NCBI GenBank assembly: GCA_965368975.1
Contig: CBDUPA010000002.1
Span: 192,001 to 256,000, forward strand
Direction: 5' to 3'
DNA from: an uncultured bacterium
GTDB lineage: Bacteria > Acidobacteriota > Thermoanaerobaculia > Multivoradales > JAHZIX01
Length of the DNA: 64,000 bases
How positions within the stretch are numbered: position 1 is the first letter of the stretch; every line of letters starts with the position of its first letter. Positions 1 through 11,364 of the stretch are shown here, in pieces. A program made the position numbers and the translations under genes. The notes under the pieces were generated by a model that worked only from the letters and a program-made list of their open reading frames with translations, searched no databases and had not been told where the DNA came from.

Positions 1-57
1 GGCGAGCAGGAAGAGGACGGTCAATCGCTTGCGAATCGCCAGGTCGGTCAGCTTCAT
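1..57 (-). CDS. RND efflux permease (AcrB-like), N-terminus only; runs off window
   Basis: Minus strand ATG at 57 reads MKLTDLAIRKRLTVLFLLA, typical AcrB-family N-terminus; purine-rich RBS; directly downstream of MFP gene. Confidence 0.75.
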   Translation of the reverse strand, partial: MKLTDLAIRKRLTVLFLLA

Positions 58-75
58 GGGTCTACTCTCTCGCTC

Positions 76-1179
76 CTAGGACGCCGGCACGATATGGACC
101 GCCTCGCCGTCACCCACCTGCTGCTGTCCCTCGACGATCAGCCGTGCTCCGGGCGCCAAGCCTTCCAGTACCACGACCTGTTCGCCCAGCACGGGCCCGA
201 GTTCGACCTCGCGGCGGCGGGCGATACTCTCCCCTTCCTCGACAGTGCCATCGACGACATACACCGCCTTGGCGGTGCCGAGATCGATCACCGCGTCCAG
301 GGGGACGAGAACAACGTCTTCGAGCGTCTGCCGTTCGACCTGCAGCCAGGCCAGCATACCGGGACGCAGGCGGCCGTCGGCATTGTCGATTTCCGCCTCG
401 ACATCGAGCGTACGTGCCTGCGGATCCAGTTCTGCGCCCAGACGAATGATGTTGCCTTCGACCACGTCGTCACCGCTCTTGTGACTCGTGCCCGCCTGCA
501 CGCGGATCGACACCGTTGCCCCGACCTGCAGGTACAGCACGTCGGTGGCTGGCGCCGGGGCACGGACCTTCAGGCGCGCCGCGTCGAGCAGTTCGAGCAT
601 CGGCTGACCAGGAACCACGTAGTCCCCCACCTCGATCCGCTTGGCCGCGATCTGCCCAGTCCACGGTGCGTCCAGGCGCGACTTGGACAGCCGCAGGCGG
701 GCGCTCGCCAAACGGGCTTCGGCAACGTCGCGGTTGGTCACAGCGTCGAGCATCTGCTGCTTGGTGATCGAGCGCCGTTCGAAGAGATTCTCGGCGCGCT
801 CGAACTGCGCCGCCGCTTGCCGGTGCAGGGCTTCGGCCTCGGCCAAGGCCTGCTGCAGGGCTCGTGTGTCGACTTGTGCCAACACATGGCCCCGGCGTAC
901 CGCCTGTCCGACCTCGACGTGCAGTGCCTCGACGACGCCGTCGACCTCGGCGGCCAGCACGGCGCGGCGCAGCGGTAGCAGATCCGCGGGCAGGCTGACG
1001 ACGTCGTGCACCGTCTGCGCGGCAAGCGTCCGCACCCGCACCGGCACCGCTTCACGGACCACTTCCGAGCTTCCCTGTTCCGCCGGCTCCGCCCCGGGAG
1101 CCTGCTCCGAACCACAACCAGCCAGGAACGGCACGGCGAGCAGGACGAGACCACCAACTAACCTGATACGTCGTGTCAT
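76..1179 (-). CDS. RND efflux periplasmic adaptor (MFP) lipoprotein
   Basis: LAGC lipobox; AEVDGVV..VEVGQAV lipoyl-like halves, helical hairpin, LDAPWTG, LRPGM, GLAPG motifs. Confidence 0.92.
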   Translation of the reverse strand: MTRRIRLVGGLVLLAVPFLAGCGSEQAPGAEPAEQGSSEVVREAVPVRVRTLAAQTVHDVVSLPADLLPLRRAVLAAEVDGVVEALHVEVGQAVRRGHVLAQVDTRALQQALAEAEALHRQAAAQFERAENLFERRSITKQQMLDAVTNRDVAEARLASARLRLSKSRLDAPWTGQIAAKRIEVGDYVVPGQPMLELLDAARLKVRAPAPATDVLYLQVGATVSIRVQAGTSHKSGDDVVEGNIIRLGAELDPQARTLDVEAEIDNADGRLRPGMLAWLQVERQTLEDVVLVPLDAVIDLGTAKAVYVVDGTVEEGESIARRREVELGPVLGEQVVVLEGLAPGARLIVEGQQQVGDGEAVHIVPAS

Positions 1180-2708
1180 GAGTTTCCCTCGGGCGCGGTA
1201 GAAGATTCAGCCTGCCGGTTCTCTGCGGGCCAGGCATCGACGGGCAGATGACCTGCAGCCCGGTGCAGTCGCGCCCACGCACTGAGCGCGGAGTAGTAGG
1301 CCTGCACCAGCACCAATTCGGCGTCAGTCTCTTGCTGTTGCGCATCGAGCAGATCGGACTGCAGGGCGACGCCTTCCTGGTAGCTCTCGCGTGCGACGCG
1401 GCGCGCCTCGCGCGCAGCCTGGGCCGAGATCTCGGCCGCCTGCCAGCGAGCACATGCCGCCTGGTAGGCCGCCAGCGCCTGCTCGACCTCGACCCGAAGG
1501 CTCAGCTCCAGGTCGCGCTGCTGCCAAGCGAGTTGCAACCGCTGGCTGTCGAGACGCGCCAGCTGCCCCTTGCGTCGACCACCATCGAACAGGTCCCAAG
1601 ACAGGCCAACGGTCAGCGACCAGTCGCGAAACAGCGGATCGTCCAGGTTCTCGACCAGGCGCGCGCTATGCCCGTACGCTCCGGAGAGTTCCAGGCTCGG
1701 CTTGCCGCCACTGGCGACCACCGTTTTCTGCTGCTCCAGGGCGCGTTGTTGCAGTTCCAGATCGCGCAGTTCCGGCCGCGCTCGGCGGCCCGCGGCGAGA
1801 ACTTCTTCGAGAGCCGGTGGCGTGGGTGGATCGAGGACTGCTTCACGCAGCCGTAGGCGCCCGGTGCCGTCCGGTGCAGAATTCCCGCCGAAGGACGACA
1901 AACCGAGAACTTGCCGCAGCCGGCTCTCGGCCACCAGCACGTCACCACGAATGGTGGCCACTTCCGGTTCGACCTGCGCCAACGACGCCTGGCCGCGCAG
2001 CAGTTCCAGCCGCGTCGCTTCACCAAGGTCGTAGCGCGCCTGGACGACCGCCAGCGATTCTTCGCGTACCTGCCGTTGGCTCTCGACGGTGATCAGCGCC
2101 CGGCGCAGCGCCAGCAACTGGTAGTACGCCTGTGCCGCCACCAGGCCGGTGTCCAGGCGCACGGTACGGATCTGCTCGTCGGTGACGTCGACCAGCGTGC
2201 GCGCCAGACGAATCGCGGTGCCGACACGGCCCCAGGTGTAGAGCGGCTGCGTCACCTCGACCGACACACGGTACAACTCCTGCTCCCGCGGCACGAAGTC
2301 ACCGCCGGGGAACTGATCGACGAAATCCGCGAAGTCGGCGCTGTTGAGCAGCGACGGATTGCGCGAGCGTCCCCAGTCGCTGATCGCGGTCAACTGCGGA
2401 AAGGCCTCGGCCCGGCTTTCACGCACGCCACCAACCACCTCCCAGCGCCGCTCTTCTACGGCCTTCAGCGCCGGATTGTGCGCCAGGGCCAGGGCGACGA
2501 CCTCGGCCAGACCCAGCTCGACCCCCGGATCGGCACGCGGCAACTCGCCGGGCGTGCGCTCCGCCAGCGGTGGCGCCGCGACGTTGCGCTGGTCCAGCAC
2601 CTCACGCCAGAGCTGCGCATCGGCCGCTCCGCTCACCACGATCACCGTGCCGATCAACATCCACAGGAGCGCCCGCACCGTCCCGCCGAGCACTAGCTCT
2701 CTGCTCAT
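1176..2708 (-). CDS. TolC-family outer membrane efflux protein
   Basis: ALAHNPAL, TQPLYTWG, LSWDLFDGG motifs; start at 2708 (MSRELV) overlaps TetR stop (ATGA). Confidence 0.92.
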   Translation of the reverse strand: MSRELVLGGTVRALLWMLIGTVIVVSGAADAQLWREVLDQRNVAAPPLAERTPGELPRADPGVELGLAEVVALALAHNPALKAVEERRWEVVGGVRESRAEAFPQLTAISDWGRSRNPSLLNSADFADFVDQFPGGDFVPREQELYRVSVEVTQPLYTWGRVGTAIRLARTLVDVTDEQIRTVRLDTGLVAAQAYYQLLALRRALITVESQRQVREESLAVVQARYDLGEATRLELLRGQASLAQVEPEVATIRGDVLVAESRLRQVLGLSSFGGNSAPDGTGRLRLREAVLDPPTPPALEEVLAAGRRARPELRDLELQQRALEQQKTVVASGGKPSLELSGAYGHSARLVENLDDPLFRDWSLTVGLSWDLFDGGRRKGQLARLDSQRLQLAWQQRDLELSLRVEVEQALAAYQAACARWQAAEISAQAAREARRVARESYQEGVALQSDLLDAQQQETDAELVLVQAYYSALSAWARLHRAAGHLPVDAWPAENRQAESSTAPEGNS

Positions 2709-3337
2709 TCCGCAATCTCCCCACCTAAACCAAGCCACAGCTGACGCCATAGCGCATCGCGCCGGAGGAACATGCGACTGGTTTCAGGATCGCCGAAGAC
2801 GATATTGATCAGGATGCCGTCGATCAGCGCCCGGAACAGCAGGGAGCGGTCGACGTTGTCGCCCTGCGGTAACTCGCCAGCCGCTACCGCGGCCTCGAAG
2901 AAGGCGATCAGCTGCGCTTCGTGATCTTGCTTCTGACCATCGAGCCACGTCCGGACACGCACACCCAGATCGCCCGTGAGCTGGGTCGCGGCGACGCGCA
3001 GTACCGCCACCTCGTGGGGTCGTTCGCGCGTGAAACACAGCGCCGCGTCCATATGTTGGCGCAGGCGCTCAGCGTAGCCACCGCTCGCATCGTCGAGAGA
3101 CTCGCCACTCGCGTCGCGCCAGGCGATCAGGCTGTCTTCGAGCAACTCCATCAGCAGCTCTTCTTTGGAACCGTAGTAGTTGTAGAGGGCTGCCTTGCTC
3201 AGTCCCAGCTGCTGCGCCAGCGCCGCGATCGACGTCCCTCCGTAGCCGCGCTGGCCGAAGAGCTCCGCGGCGGTCCGCCGGATACGCTGGCGGGTAGAGG
3301 TACCGGTGTCTGAGGTGCCGTTCGATGACGTGTTCAT
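2705..3337 (-). CDS. TetR/AcrR family transcriptional regulator
   Basis: [42 protein letters not shown] signature; heads efflux operon. Confidence 0.95.
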   Translation of the reverse strand: MNTSSNGTSDTGTSTRQRIRRTAAELFGQRGYGGTSIAALAQQLGLSKAALYNYYGSKEELLMELLEDSLIAWRDASGESLDDASGGYAERLRQHMDAALCFTRERPHEVAVLRVAATQLTGDLGVRVRTWLDGQKQDHEAQLIAFFEAAVAAGELPQGDNVDRSLLFRALIDGILINIVFGDPETSRMFLRRDALWRQLWLGLGGEIAE

Positions 3338-3351
3338 GGCGTGCTCGGGTG

Positions 3352-3383
3352 AACGAACGATCGTTGATTACCGATCGTTCGTT
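3352..3383. promoter_or_regulatory. Probable TetR operator (12-bp perfect inverted repeat)
   Basis: AACGAACGATCG-N8-CGATCGTTCGTT directly upstream of tetR start. Confidence 0.75.
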
Positions 3384-3512
3384 AATTTAGGCCACTCCAT
3401 GGTACCTGTCAAGGACGTGGCCGATCAGCCCTCTGCGCGAGGCGTCACGGTGGTAGGCTGGACCCGGAAACCCACACGGCACCGGCCCAAGAAGCATCCC
3501 GTGGAGCGACCT

Positions 3513-5783
<2,271 letters not shown>

Positions 5784-5954
5784 AGCCAGCACTCCATCCC
5801 TCTCCTTCTGGATGCAGCCATTTCACCAACCCCACAGTTAGGTACTTGACACAGCGATCGAAGGTCGGCCGGCCCGCTCGTTGATGTGCTCTCGGGGAAA
5901 CCCTCCCCAGAGTGATCCTAGAGCTAGTGACCATTGCTCAGAAAGGAGCACACC

Positions 5955-6101
5955 ATGTCGACTACCCAGACCAACGGATCGAACAAAGTGCTAGACACTA
6001 CACAGACGAGCCCTCTCGTCAACCTGAACGACAAGTCCTACGAGGAAAAAGAGCCCAAGCCCGTGGATGACGAGCCCGATGGCAGCCCGTCCTCCAACTA
6101 A
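5955..6101 (+). CDS. 48-aa small protein/peptide (not in ORF track)
   Basis: AGAAAGGAG RBS, ATG 5955, MSTTQTNGSNKVLDTTQTSPLVNLNDKSYEEKEPKPVDDEPDGSPSSN*, followed by terminator hairpin. Confidence 0.7.
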   Translation: MSTTQTNGSNKVLDTTQTSPLVNLNDKSYEEKEPKPVDDEPDGSPSSN

Positions 6102-6125
6102 GTCGATCCTCTCAACTCTTTCCCC

Positions 6126-6149
6126 AGCCCCCGCGCCAGCGCGGGGGCT
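6126..6149. terminator. GC-rich hairpin between convergent genes (probable intrinsic terminator)
   Basis: AGCCCCCGCGC-CA-GCGCGGGGGCT followed by CTTCT. Confidence 0.65.
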
Positions 6150-6203
6150 CTTCTCGTGCCGTGATGAGCCGCGCGCCCTGAGTGGCCTTCGTTGCTGATG
6201 CTC

Positions 6204-8642
6204 CTACTCCCAGAGAGCCTCGCAAGACCTGGACTCAGCCCTCTGCCGCCAGTCGCTCGCCTGCGCCTGTCCTAGGCGCGCATAGACTTCCGCCACGCGC
6301 AACGCGCTCTGTTCGACCTGGAAGGTACCCTCCCCCTTTGTGCGGCAGACGGCTCGATAGCCTTGCTGGAATAGAATCGCAGCCGACACATCATCGCCCG
6401 CGGCCGCCGCGAGGTAGCCGCGCAAGGCATCCGCCTCAGTCACAACGTCGGAGGCACCTTCAGGACCGGATTGGAGCACTTCCAGCGCGTTGTTCAAGCT
6501 CTTCCTTCCTTCTAGGAGGCGTCCGCGAAGCAGTAGGAAGGCGGCGAGATCTCGCTCAGCCAGCGCAACCTTCCGGCGAATGTCGAGGTGATCCACATTC
6601 TCCGAGGAGAGCTGTCGCCGCAGTTCCAGGTTGCGTCTCAGCGTCGCCTCGGCCTCGGGACGCCCGAGGTGAGTCTGCACCCGACCCAACAGGCCAGCAA
6701 TGTTGACCCGAACTCCCGGGTCCAGATTCGCGACCTTCGCTGCGACATCCTGGGCTCTTGCGAGTTCCTGCTCGGCCTCCCGCAACTCACCACGGGTAAA
6801 GGCCACTGAGGCCAGGCTGTAGCGAATACGGACGATCTCGGTACTGCTTACCAAACTCCGCTCCTCAGCTAACTCCAGGGCTTGCCTGTAACGCGCCGAA
6901 GCTTCCTCGTAGTACCGTCCCATTCTCAAGGCTGAGCCCCAGTCGACCAGATTCGAGACTCGGTTCGGGTGATCAGGGTCCTGATGGCGCCAAATCACCT
7001 CGAGTTCTTTGAAGTACCGCGCTGCCATGTAATAGTTCCGTGCTGCATAGAAGACATCGCCAGATTCCTTGAGATACCCCATCCATTCCCGGTCAACATC
7101 ACCTTGGCGCGTGCGCTCCGTCTCGAGGACGATCTCGTACATTCCTTCAGCCAGCTTGTCAAAGCCCAGCGTCTGCAGAGACAGCCCAGCAACTCTGGCA
7201 CGTCTCGCTCTCTCCACGGGATGACGCAGGTCGGGTAGATACGCCGACAACTCGAGGAGTTCCGCCTCCGTGAGTGCGGACTCACGAGGGTACAAGAGAG
7301 CATCAGAACTCAACCAACTGAGTAGATTTTCTTCTCTCTCTGCCTGGTCACCAAGCTTGCTTGTCATCCCCAGTAGGATGAGGATACAGATGATCAAAGC
7401 CACCGCCAGCGCCGCTACGAGCTTCTGCCGGCGCACGAACTTACCCACCAGGTACACCAAGGTGCTATGACGCGCACGCACCGGCAATCCTCGCACATGG
7501 TTGCGGATGTCGTCCGCCATCAGTTCGACCGATCCATAGCGATTCCGCGGACTCTTGCGCAGCGCCTTGAGCAGGATGGCATCGAGGTCGCCAGACAGGC
7601 GACGCTGCAGGCGATGCACCGAGGTTTCCCGCAGCCGAGCGATCACCTCCGGGGTCAACGAGCTTCCCTCTTCTCCGACCGGTGCAGCCTGGGCAACGGC
7701 CCGGCTGGGCAGCGTCGGTTTGGTCTCGCAGATGACCTTCGACAGCTGGTAGAGATTCTGGCTGTCAACCTCGTAAGGCGGACGACCGCACAGCAAGTGA
7801 TAGAGCAGGACGCCGAGTGCGTAGACATCGATAGAGGTAGTGACCGGGGCTCCCGATACCTGCTCCGGACTGGCGTAGCGCGGTGTCATCGGACTCGCAC
7901 CGGCGGCGGTCAGCGTGGCTGCATCCGGTTCCAGGTGCTTGGCGATGCCGAAGTCGAGCAGCTTGGGCTCTCCGTCCGAGGTCACCAGAATGTTGCCGGG
8001 CTTCAGGTCTCGGTGCACGATCAGGCTGCGGTGTGCCGCCTCGACGGCGGAGCACACCTTGAGGAAGAGTTCGAGACGCCGACGGATACTCAGCCGGTGC
8101 GTATCGCAGTAAACGTCGATCGGGGCGCCCTCGACGTACTCCATGACGAAATACGGCGTATCGTCCTCGGCTGTGCCGCCGTCGAGCAGATGCGCGATGT
8201 AGGGATGATCCAGGTAGGCGAGCATCTGCCGCTCTAGCTCGAAGCGGGCGTGATGGTCTTCACTGGCGAAGCGGCCCACCTTCGACGGATCGACGAACTT
8301 GATCGCCACCTCCTGCTCGAAGTCCGCCTCGCGAACCGCCCGATACACCTTCCCCATACCGCCGTGCCCGACCTGCTCGAACAAGCGGTACGGGCCGACA
8401 CGCTTCGGCTGTCCGAGATCTCCCTCACTCTCGCGCTCGCGGGGCACGTGCACGGACCACAGAGGTCGTTCCAAGAAACCATCGCGTAGACGGGCTCGGG
8501 AACGCAGAAGAACTTCTGCCTGGCTCTGTAGGTTCAGGTCCCCGTGGCAGTGCCGCTCGAGAACCGTGGTCTGCTCGTCCGCGGGGACCTCCAGGGCCGC
8601 TTCGAGAATCGACTTGAGGCGCTGCCAGCTCGAACTCCTCAC
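6204..8642 (-). CDS. Hanks-type Ser/Thr protein kinase with TM helix and C-terminal TPRs
   Basis: GHGGMGKVY, VAIK, HRDLKPGN, DFG, YASPEQ, DVYALG; TM VAALAVALIICILILLG; TPR-like repeats. Confidence 0.95.
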   Translation of the reverse strand: MRSSSWQRLKSILEAALEVPADEQTTVLERHCHGDLNLQSQAEVLLRSRARLRDGFLERPLWSVHVPRERESEGDLGQPKRVGPYRLFEQVGHGGMGKVYRAVREADFEQEVAIKFVDPSKVGRFASEDHHARFELERQMLAYLDHPYIAHLLDGGTAEDDTPYFVMEYVEGAPIDVYCDTHRLSIRRRLELFLKVCSAVEAAHRSLIVHRDLKPGNILVTSDGEPKLLDFGIAKHLEPDAATLTAAGASPMTPRYASPEQVSGAPVTTSIDVYALGVLLYHLLCGRPPYEVDSQNLYQLSKVICETKPTLPSRAVAQAAPVGEEGSSLTPEVIARLRETSVHRLQRRLSGDLDAILLKALRKSPRNRYGSVELMADDIRNHVRGLPVRARHSTLVYLVGKFVRRQKLVAALAVALIICILILLGMTSKLGDQAEREENLLSWLSSDALLYPRESALTEAELLELSAYLPDLRHPVERARRARVAGLSLQTLGFDKLAEGMYEIVLETERTRQGDVDREWMGYLKESGDVFYAARNYYMAARYFKELEVIWRHQDPDHPNRVSNLVDWGSALRMGRYYEEASARYRQALELAEERSLVSSTEIVRIRYSLASVAFTRGELREAEQELARAQDVAAKVANLDPGVRVNIAGLLGRVQTHLGRPEAEATLRRNLELRRQLSSENVDHLDIRRKVALAERDLAAFLLLRGRLLEGRKSLNNALEVLQSGPEGASDVVTEADALRGYLAAAAGDDVSAAILFQQGYRAVCRTKGEGTFQVEQSALRVAEVYARLGQAQASDWRQRAESRSCEALWE

Positions 8643-8664
8643 GACTTCGACTCCTTGCGGTTGC

Positions 8665-9228
8665 TCAGTCGCCCTTTAGTTCCTGCAGCAAGAAGAGACG
8701 GGCTGTTCCCCAGTCCCGCTTGACGGTCGATACCGAGATTCCTAGTGCCTCGGCGATCTCGCTGTGCGTCAAGCCAACGAAGTAGCGCAGCTCGACGATC
8801 TGACTCTGGCGCCGATCGATCTTGGCCAGGCTCCGCAGGGCATCGTCCAGTGCCAGTAAGTCCGGATCTCGGTGGTCCGGGAGGCGCAGGGTTTCGTCGA
8901 AGGGAAGTGGTCGCTCGCCGCCCCCGCGCTTGCCGGCCTGCCGGTGCCGCGCATGGTCGATCAGGATTCGGCGCATCAGGTTGCCCAAGAAAGCGAAGAA
9001 CTGCGCGCTGCTCTCCCAATTGACCGTGCGACGTTTTTCCAGGCGCAGATACACCTCGTTGATCAGCGCGGTGGCTTGTAGCGTGTGATCTGAACCTTCG
9101 CGCGCCATGAAGCTCCGAGCCAAGCGACGAATGTCCGCAAGGATCCTGGGCAGCAGGTGCTCCAAGGCCCGCGGATCGCCATCGCTCCAGCGCTGGAGCA
9201 GTCGGGTAACCTCCGAATCTGCAGACAT
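8665..9228 (-). CDS. ECF sigma factor, ECF43-like (kinase-associated); alternative GTG start 9267
   Basis: EVTRLLQRWSDGD, HTLQATALINEVYLRL, MRRILIDHAR..AGKRGG, IVELRYFVGL, STVKRDW. Confidence 0.92.
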   Translation of the reverse strand: MSADSEVTRLLQRWSDGDPRALEHLLPRILADIRRLARSFMAREGSDHTLQATALINEVYLRLEKRRTVNWESSAQFFAFLGNLMRRILIDHARHRQAGKRGGGERPLPFDETLRLPDHRDPDLLALDDALRSLAKIDRRQSQIVELRYFVGLTHSEIAEALGISVSTVKRDWGTARLFLLQELKGD

Positions 9229-9263
9229 CAAAATTGGATTGTACCAGGCTTCGATACATCGCT

Positions 9264-9905
9264 TCACAATTCATGGCTTCGGCACTCGAGACGGGGGACG
9301 TGCAGGACCGCTGCCGGGCCACAGGCGGCCCAGGACATCGTGGCCGCAAGAAGCACAGGCACCATGACCGGTGTCAGTAAGCGTACCGCCCGATCCAGGA
9401 TCTGTTGGTTCCAATGACGGTACTCGGGGTCGGCTTCGGCTTCGGCCTCGTCAGTGGTAGCCGCAATCTCGGCTTCCGGCGCAGCCTCGTCCAGCTGGCG
9501 CAACTTTGCCAGCACCTGCCCGACGGCATCAGCGCTCAGGAACCCCGTGCGGTTTGCCGAGGCCAAGCGGGAAGCCGGTACCGTCGCCGCATGCGCACAG
9601 CGCACAATCAGTGGCCCGACGTCGGCGCTCTGGAAGCTGGCGGATAGAACTACGTCCGCGCGGCCGGCAAGCCAGCCGGTATCCGCCGGTACGATCTGGA
9701 CGACATCCAGACAGCCTCGCTGGTCGGCCACGGCAACGACCAACCATTCCAAACCGCTGTCGGCAGTCTCGGCGATGACGAAGAGATCTCCCACCCTCGG
9801 GTGACTCTCGTCATGAGGCTTGGTTGCCTCCAAAACCGCAGCACGCACCTCGGGCGTCCTGCGAATCTGCGACCAAAGGCGTTCGACCGGTACAGCTTCG
9901 CTCAT
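9264..9905 (-). CDS. Hypothetical protein with possible MazF/PemK-like SH3 fold and hydrophobic C-terminal segment
   Basis: ATG 9905 overlaps upstream stop (ATGA); PRVGDLFV..WLVV..IVPAD..DVVL..LIVRCAHAATVPASRL..TGFLSADAVGQVLAKL. Confidence 0.6.
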   Translation of the reverse strand: MSEAVPVERLWSQIRRTPEVRAAVLEATKPHDESHPRVGDLFVIAETADSGLEWLVVAVADQRGCLDVVQIVPADTGWLAGRADVVLSASFQSADVGPLIVRCAHAATVPASRLASANRTGFLSADAVGQVLAKLRQLDEAAPEAEIAATTDEAEAEADPEYRHWNQQILDRAVRLLTPVMVPVLLAATMSWAACGPAAVLHVPRLECRSHEL

Positions 9906-11080
9906 GCTCCCTGGCTCCTGTACGTAGATTCCGAGCTGCGTTCTTCTCCCTCTAGATCGGATATAACGACCGGGTTGTGGAACTGGCGGAAGCAATGGTC
10001 GATTTGTTGCCGAAGGAGCCGATGTAGCGGCGGTAGACGGTCTCGTGGAATCCCGAGTAGCCGCGACAGCTTGCGTTGCGACGGTACTCGAGCCGTAGCA
10101 TCCGTATCGTCCTGGCTCGGCATGGGTATATCGGCTGCGTGGCAGCGATAGAAGGTCCAGAGACGTCGCAGGTAGTCGCGGCTCACGGCGTCCAGGTCGA
10201 GACGGTCCAGCCCAGCAGTGACACCCTGCACGAGCTTCTCGAACTGATCTCGATCCTCCAACGCCTTTCCAGGCCGTCGGCGGCAAGCCATCAGGAACTC
10301 GCGAGCCCCCAAGTCGCTAACGACGATCTGACCTTGTTCGTCCTGCCACGCGGCCTTCCAACGGCTGCGCGCGTCCTTCTTCAGGGAGCTGCACAACGCC
10401 CGGAAGCGGAAGGCCTCGATGCCATGGCACATCGTCAGGTCCCGCAGATGCTGGTGCAACTGAGCAACGACGCGCTTCTGGGACCTTCCAAGTGCTGTCA
10501 CGAGATCTGGCAAGAGGTCGTCGTTCCACCGAACTGTCAGCGCCTCGAGCTTCTCGAGGGCAGGCTGGCTGTCAACATCGACTTTGGCTTCGGGCGTCGC
10601 GGCCGCGGCGTCACGACCCAGTACGGTCGTGCTACCGATATCTGAGCTCCCAGCCAGGACGTGTAGCTCGCCGACCTCGACAGCGGCGCGTACGGCTGAC
10701 CGTAGTAGGTTGAAGACGCGAAAGCCCAGCGGATCGTGCTTCTTCTGCCGATCGTGCAGATAGTTGCGAATATTACGAAAGATCAGGCCATCGATGTCGC
10801 GGCGTACTTCCAGTTGCCCCTTCAGGCTGCGCAGGCGCTGCAGGAATGCCGCCGAGTAGCAGTCGACCAAGAGGTCTTCCAGGGTGCTGGGAGTCCAACG
10901 GGCGGTGCCATAGATCCCTAGGTACCTGGGGGGCGCCTGGTACAGTCCGCGCAGCCGGAGTTCCGCAAGAACCGCGCAGCGCAGTTTCGTCCACATTGGG
11001 GCCAGGTCGTCCGCCGGGATCGCGTCTCCGTGCACGAGAGCGCGCACATGGGCTGTAAAGGTCGCATCCGAGTTCTTCAT
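9902..11080 (-). CDS. Hypothetical sigma-70-like protein (region 2 and region 4 HTH separated by long insert)
   Basis: GGAGGG RBS; LEDLLVDCY..GLIFRNIRNYLHDRQKK (sigma2-like); PSQRKLSRLLGIPRDRL (HTH). Confidence 0.6.
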   Translation of the reverse strand: MKNSDATFTAHVRALVHGDAIPADDLAPMWTKLRCAVLAELRLRGLYQAPPRYLGIYGTARWTPSTLEDLLVDCYSAAFLQRLRSLKGQLEVRRDIDGLIFRNIRNYLHDRQKKHDPLGFRVFNLLRSAVRAAVEVGELHVLAGSSDIGSTTVLGRDAAAATPEAKVDVDSQPALEKLEALTVRWNDDLLPDLVTALGRSQKRVVAQLHQHLRDLTMCHGIEAFRFRALCSSLKKDARSRWKAAWQDEQGQIVVSDLGAREFLMACRRRPGKALEDRDQFEKLVQGVTAGLDRLDLDAVSRDYLRRLWTFYRCHAADIPMPSQDDTDATARVPSQRKLSRLLGIPRDRLPPLHRLLRQQIDHCFRQFHNPVVISDLEGEERSSESTYRSQGA

Positions 11081-11364
11081 AACAATCCCTCCAGAGTCGT
11101 GAACAGCTAGCTATCTGCCTAGAGATCTGGGCCTTGCCGCTTCACGTGAGCCCTACCACTGATTCCGAGAGCTCCTGTTACCCACCCACGCGCAGCTCGG
11201 GCTGCAAACGGCTCAAACTTTCTTTTGCCGTTGCCGCGGAACCTGGATGAACGACTGAGCAAGTAGGGTTGCGTGCTAGCATCGACCGTCATGACGCCAT
11301 CGCCGTCAGAGCCAGCATCTGCACCCCCCACACCAGCCACGGCACAGCCTCGCGTCGCCCGACC

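Noticed and set aside
5846-5940. Riboswitch or promoter in the leader of the 48-aa gene (TTGACA; GGGGAAACCC hairpin)
   Set aside because: No properly spaced -10 and no match to a riboswitch consensus I can recognise; needs an Infernal/Rfam scan.
5955-6101. Graspetide or lasso RiPP cluster
   Set aside because: No ATP-grasp, lasso cyclase, radical SAM or peptidase-transporter gene in the window.
9264-9905. Bona fide MazF toxin of a type II toxin-antitoxin pair
   Set aside because: Catalytic Arg-Pro motif absent, protein too long, and no small antitoxin upstream.
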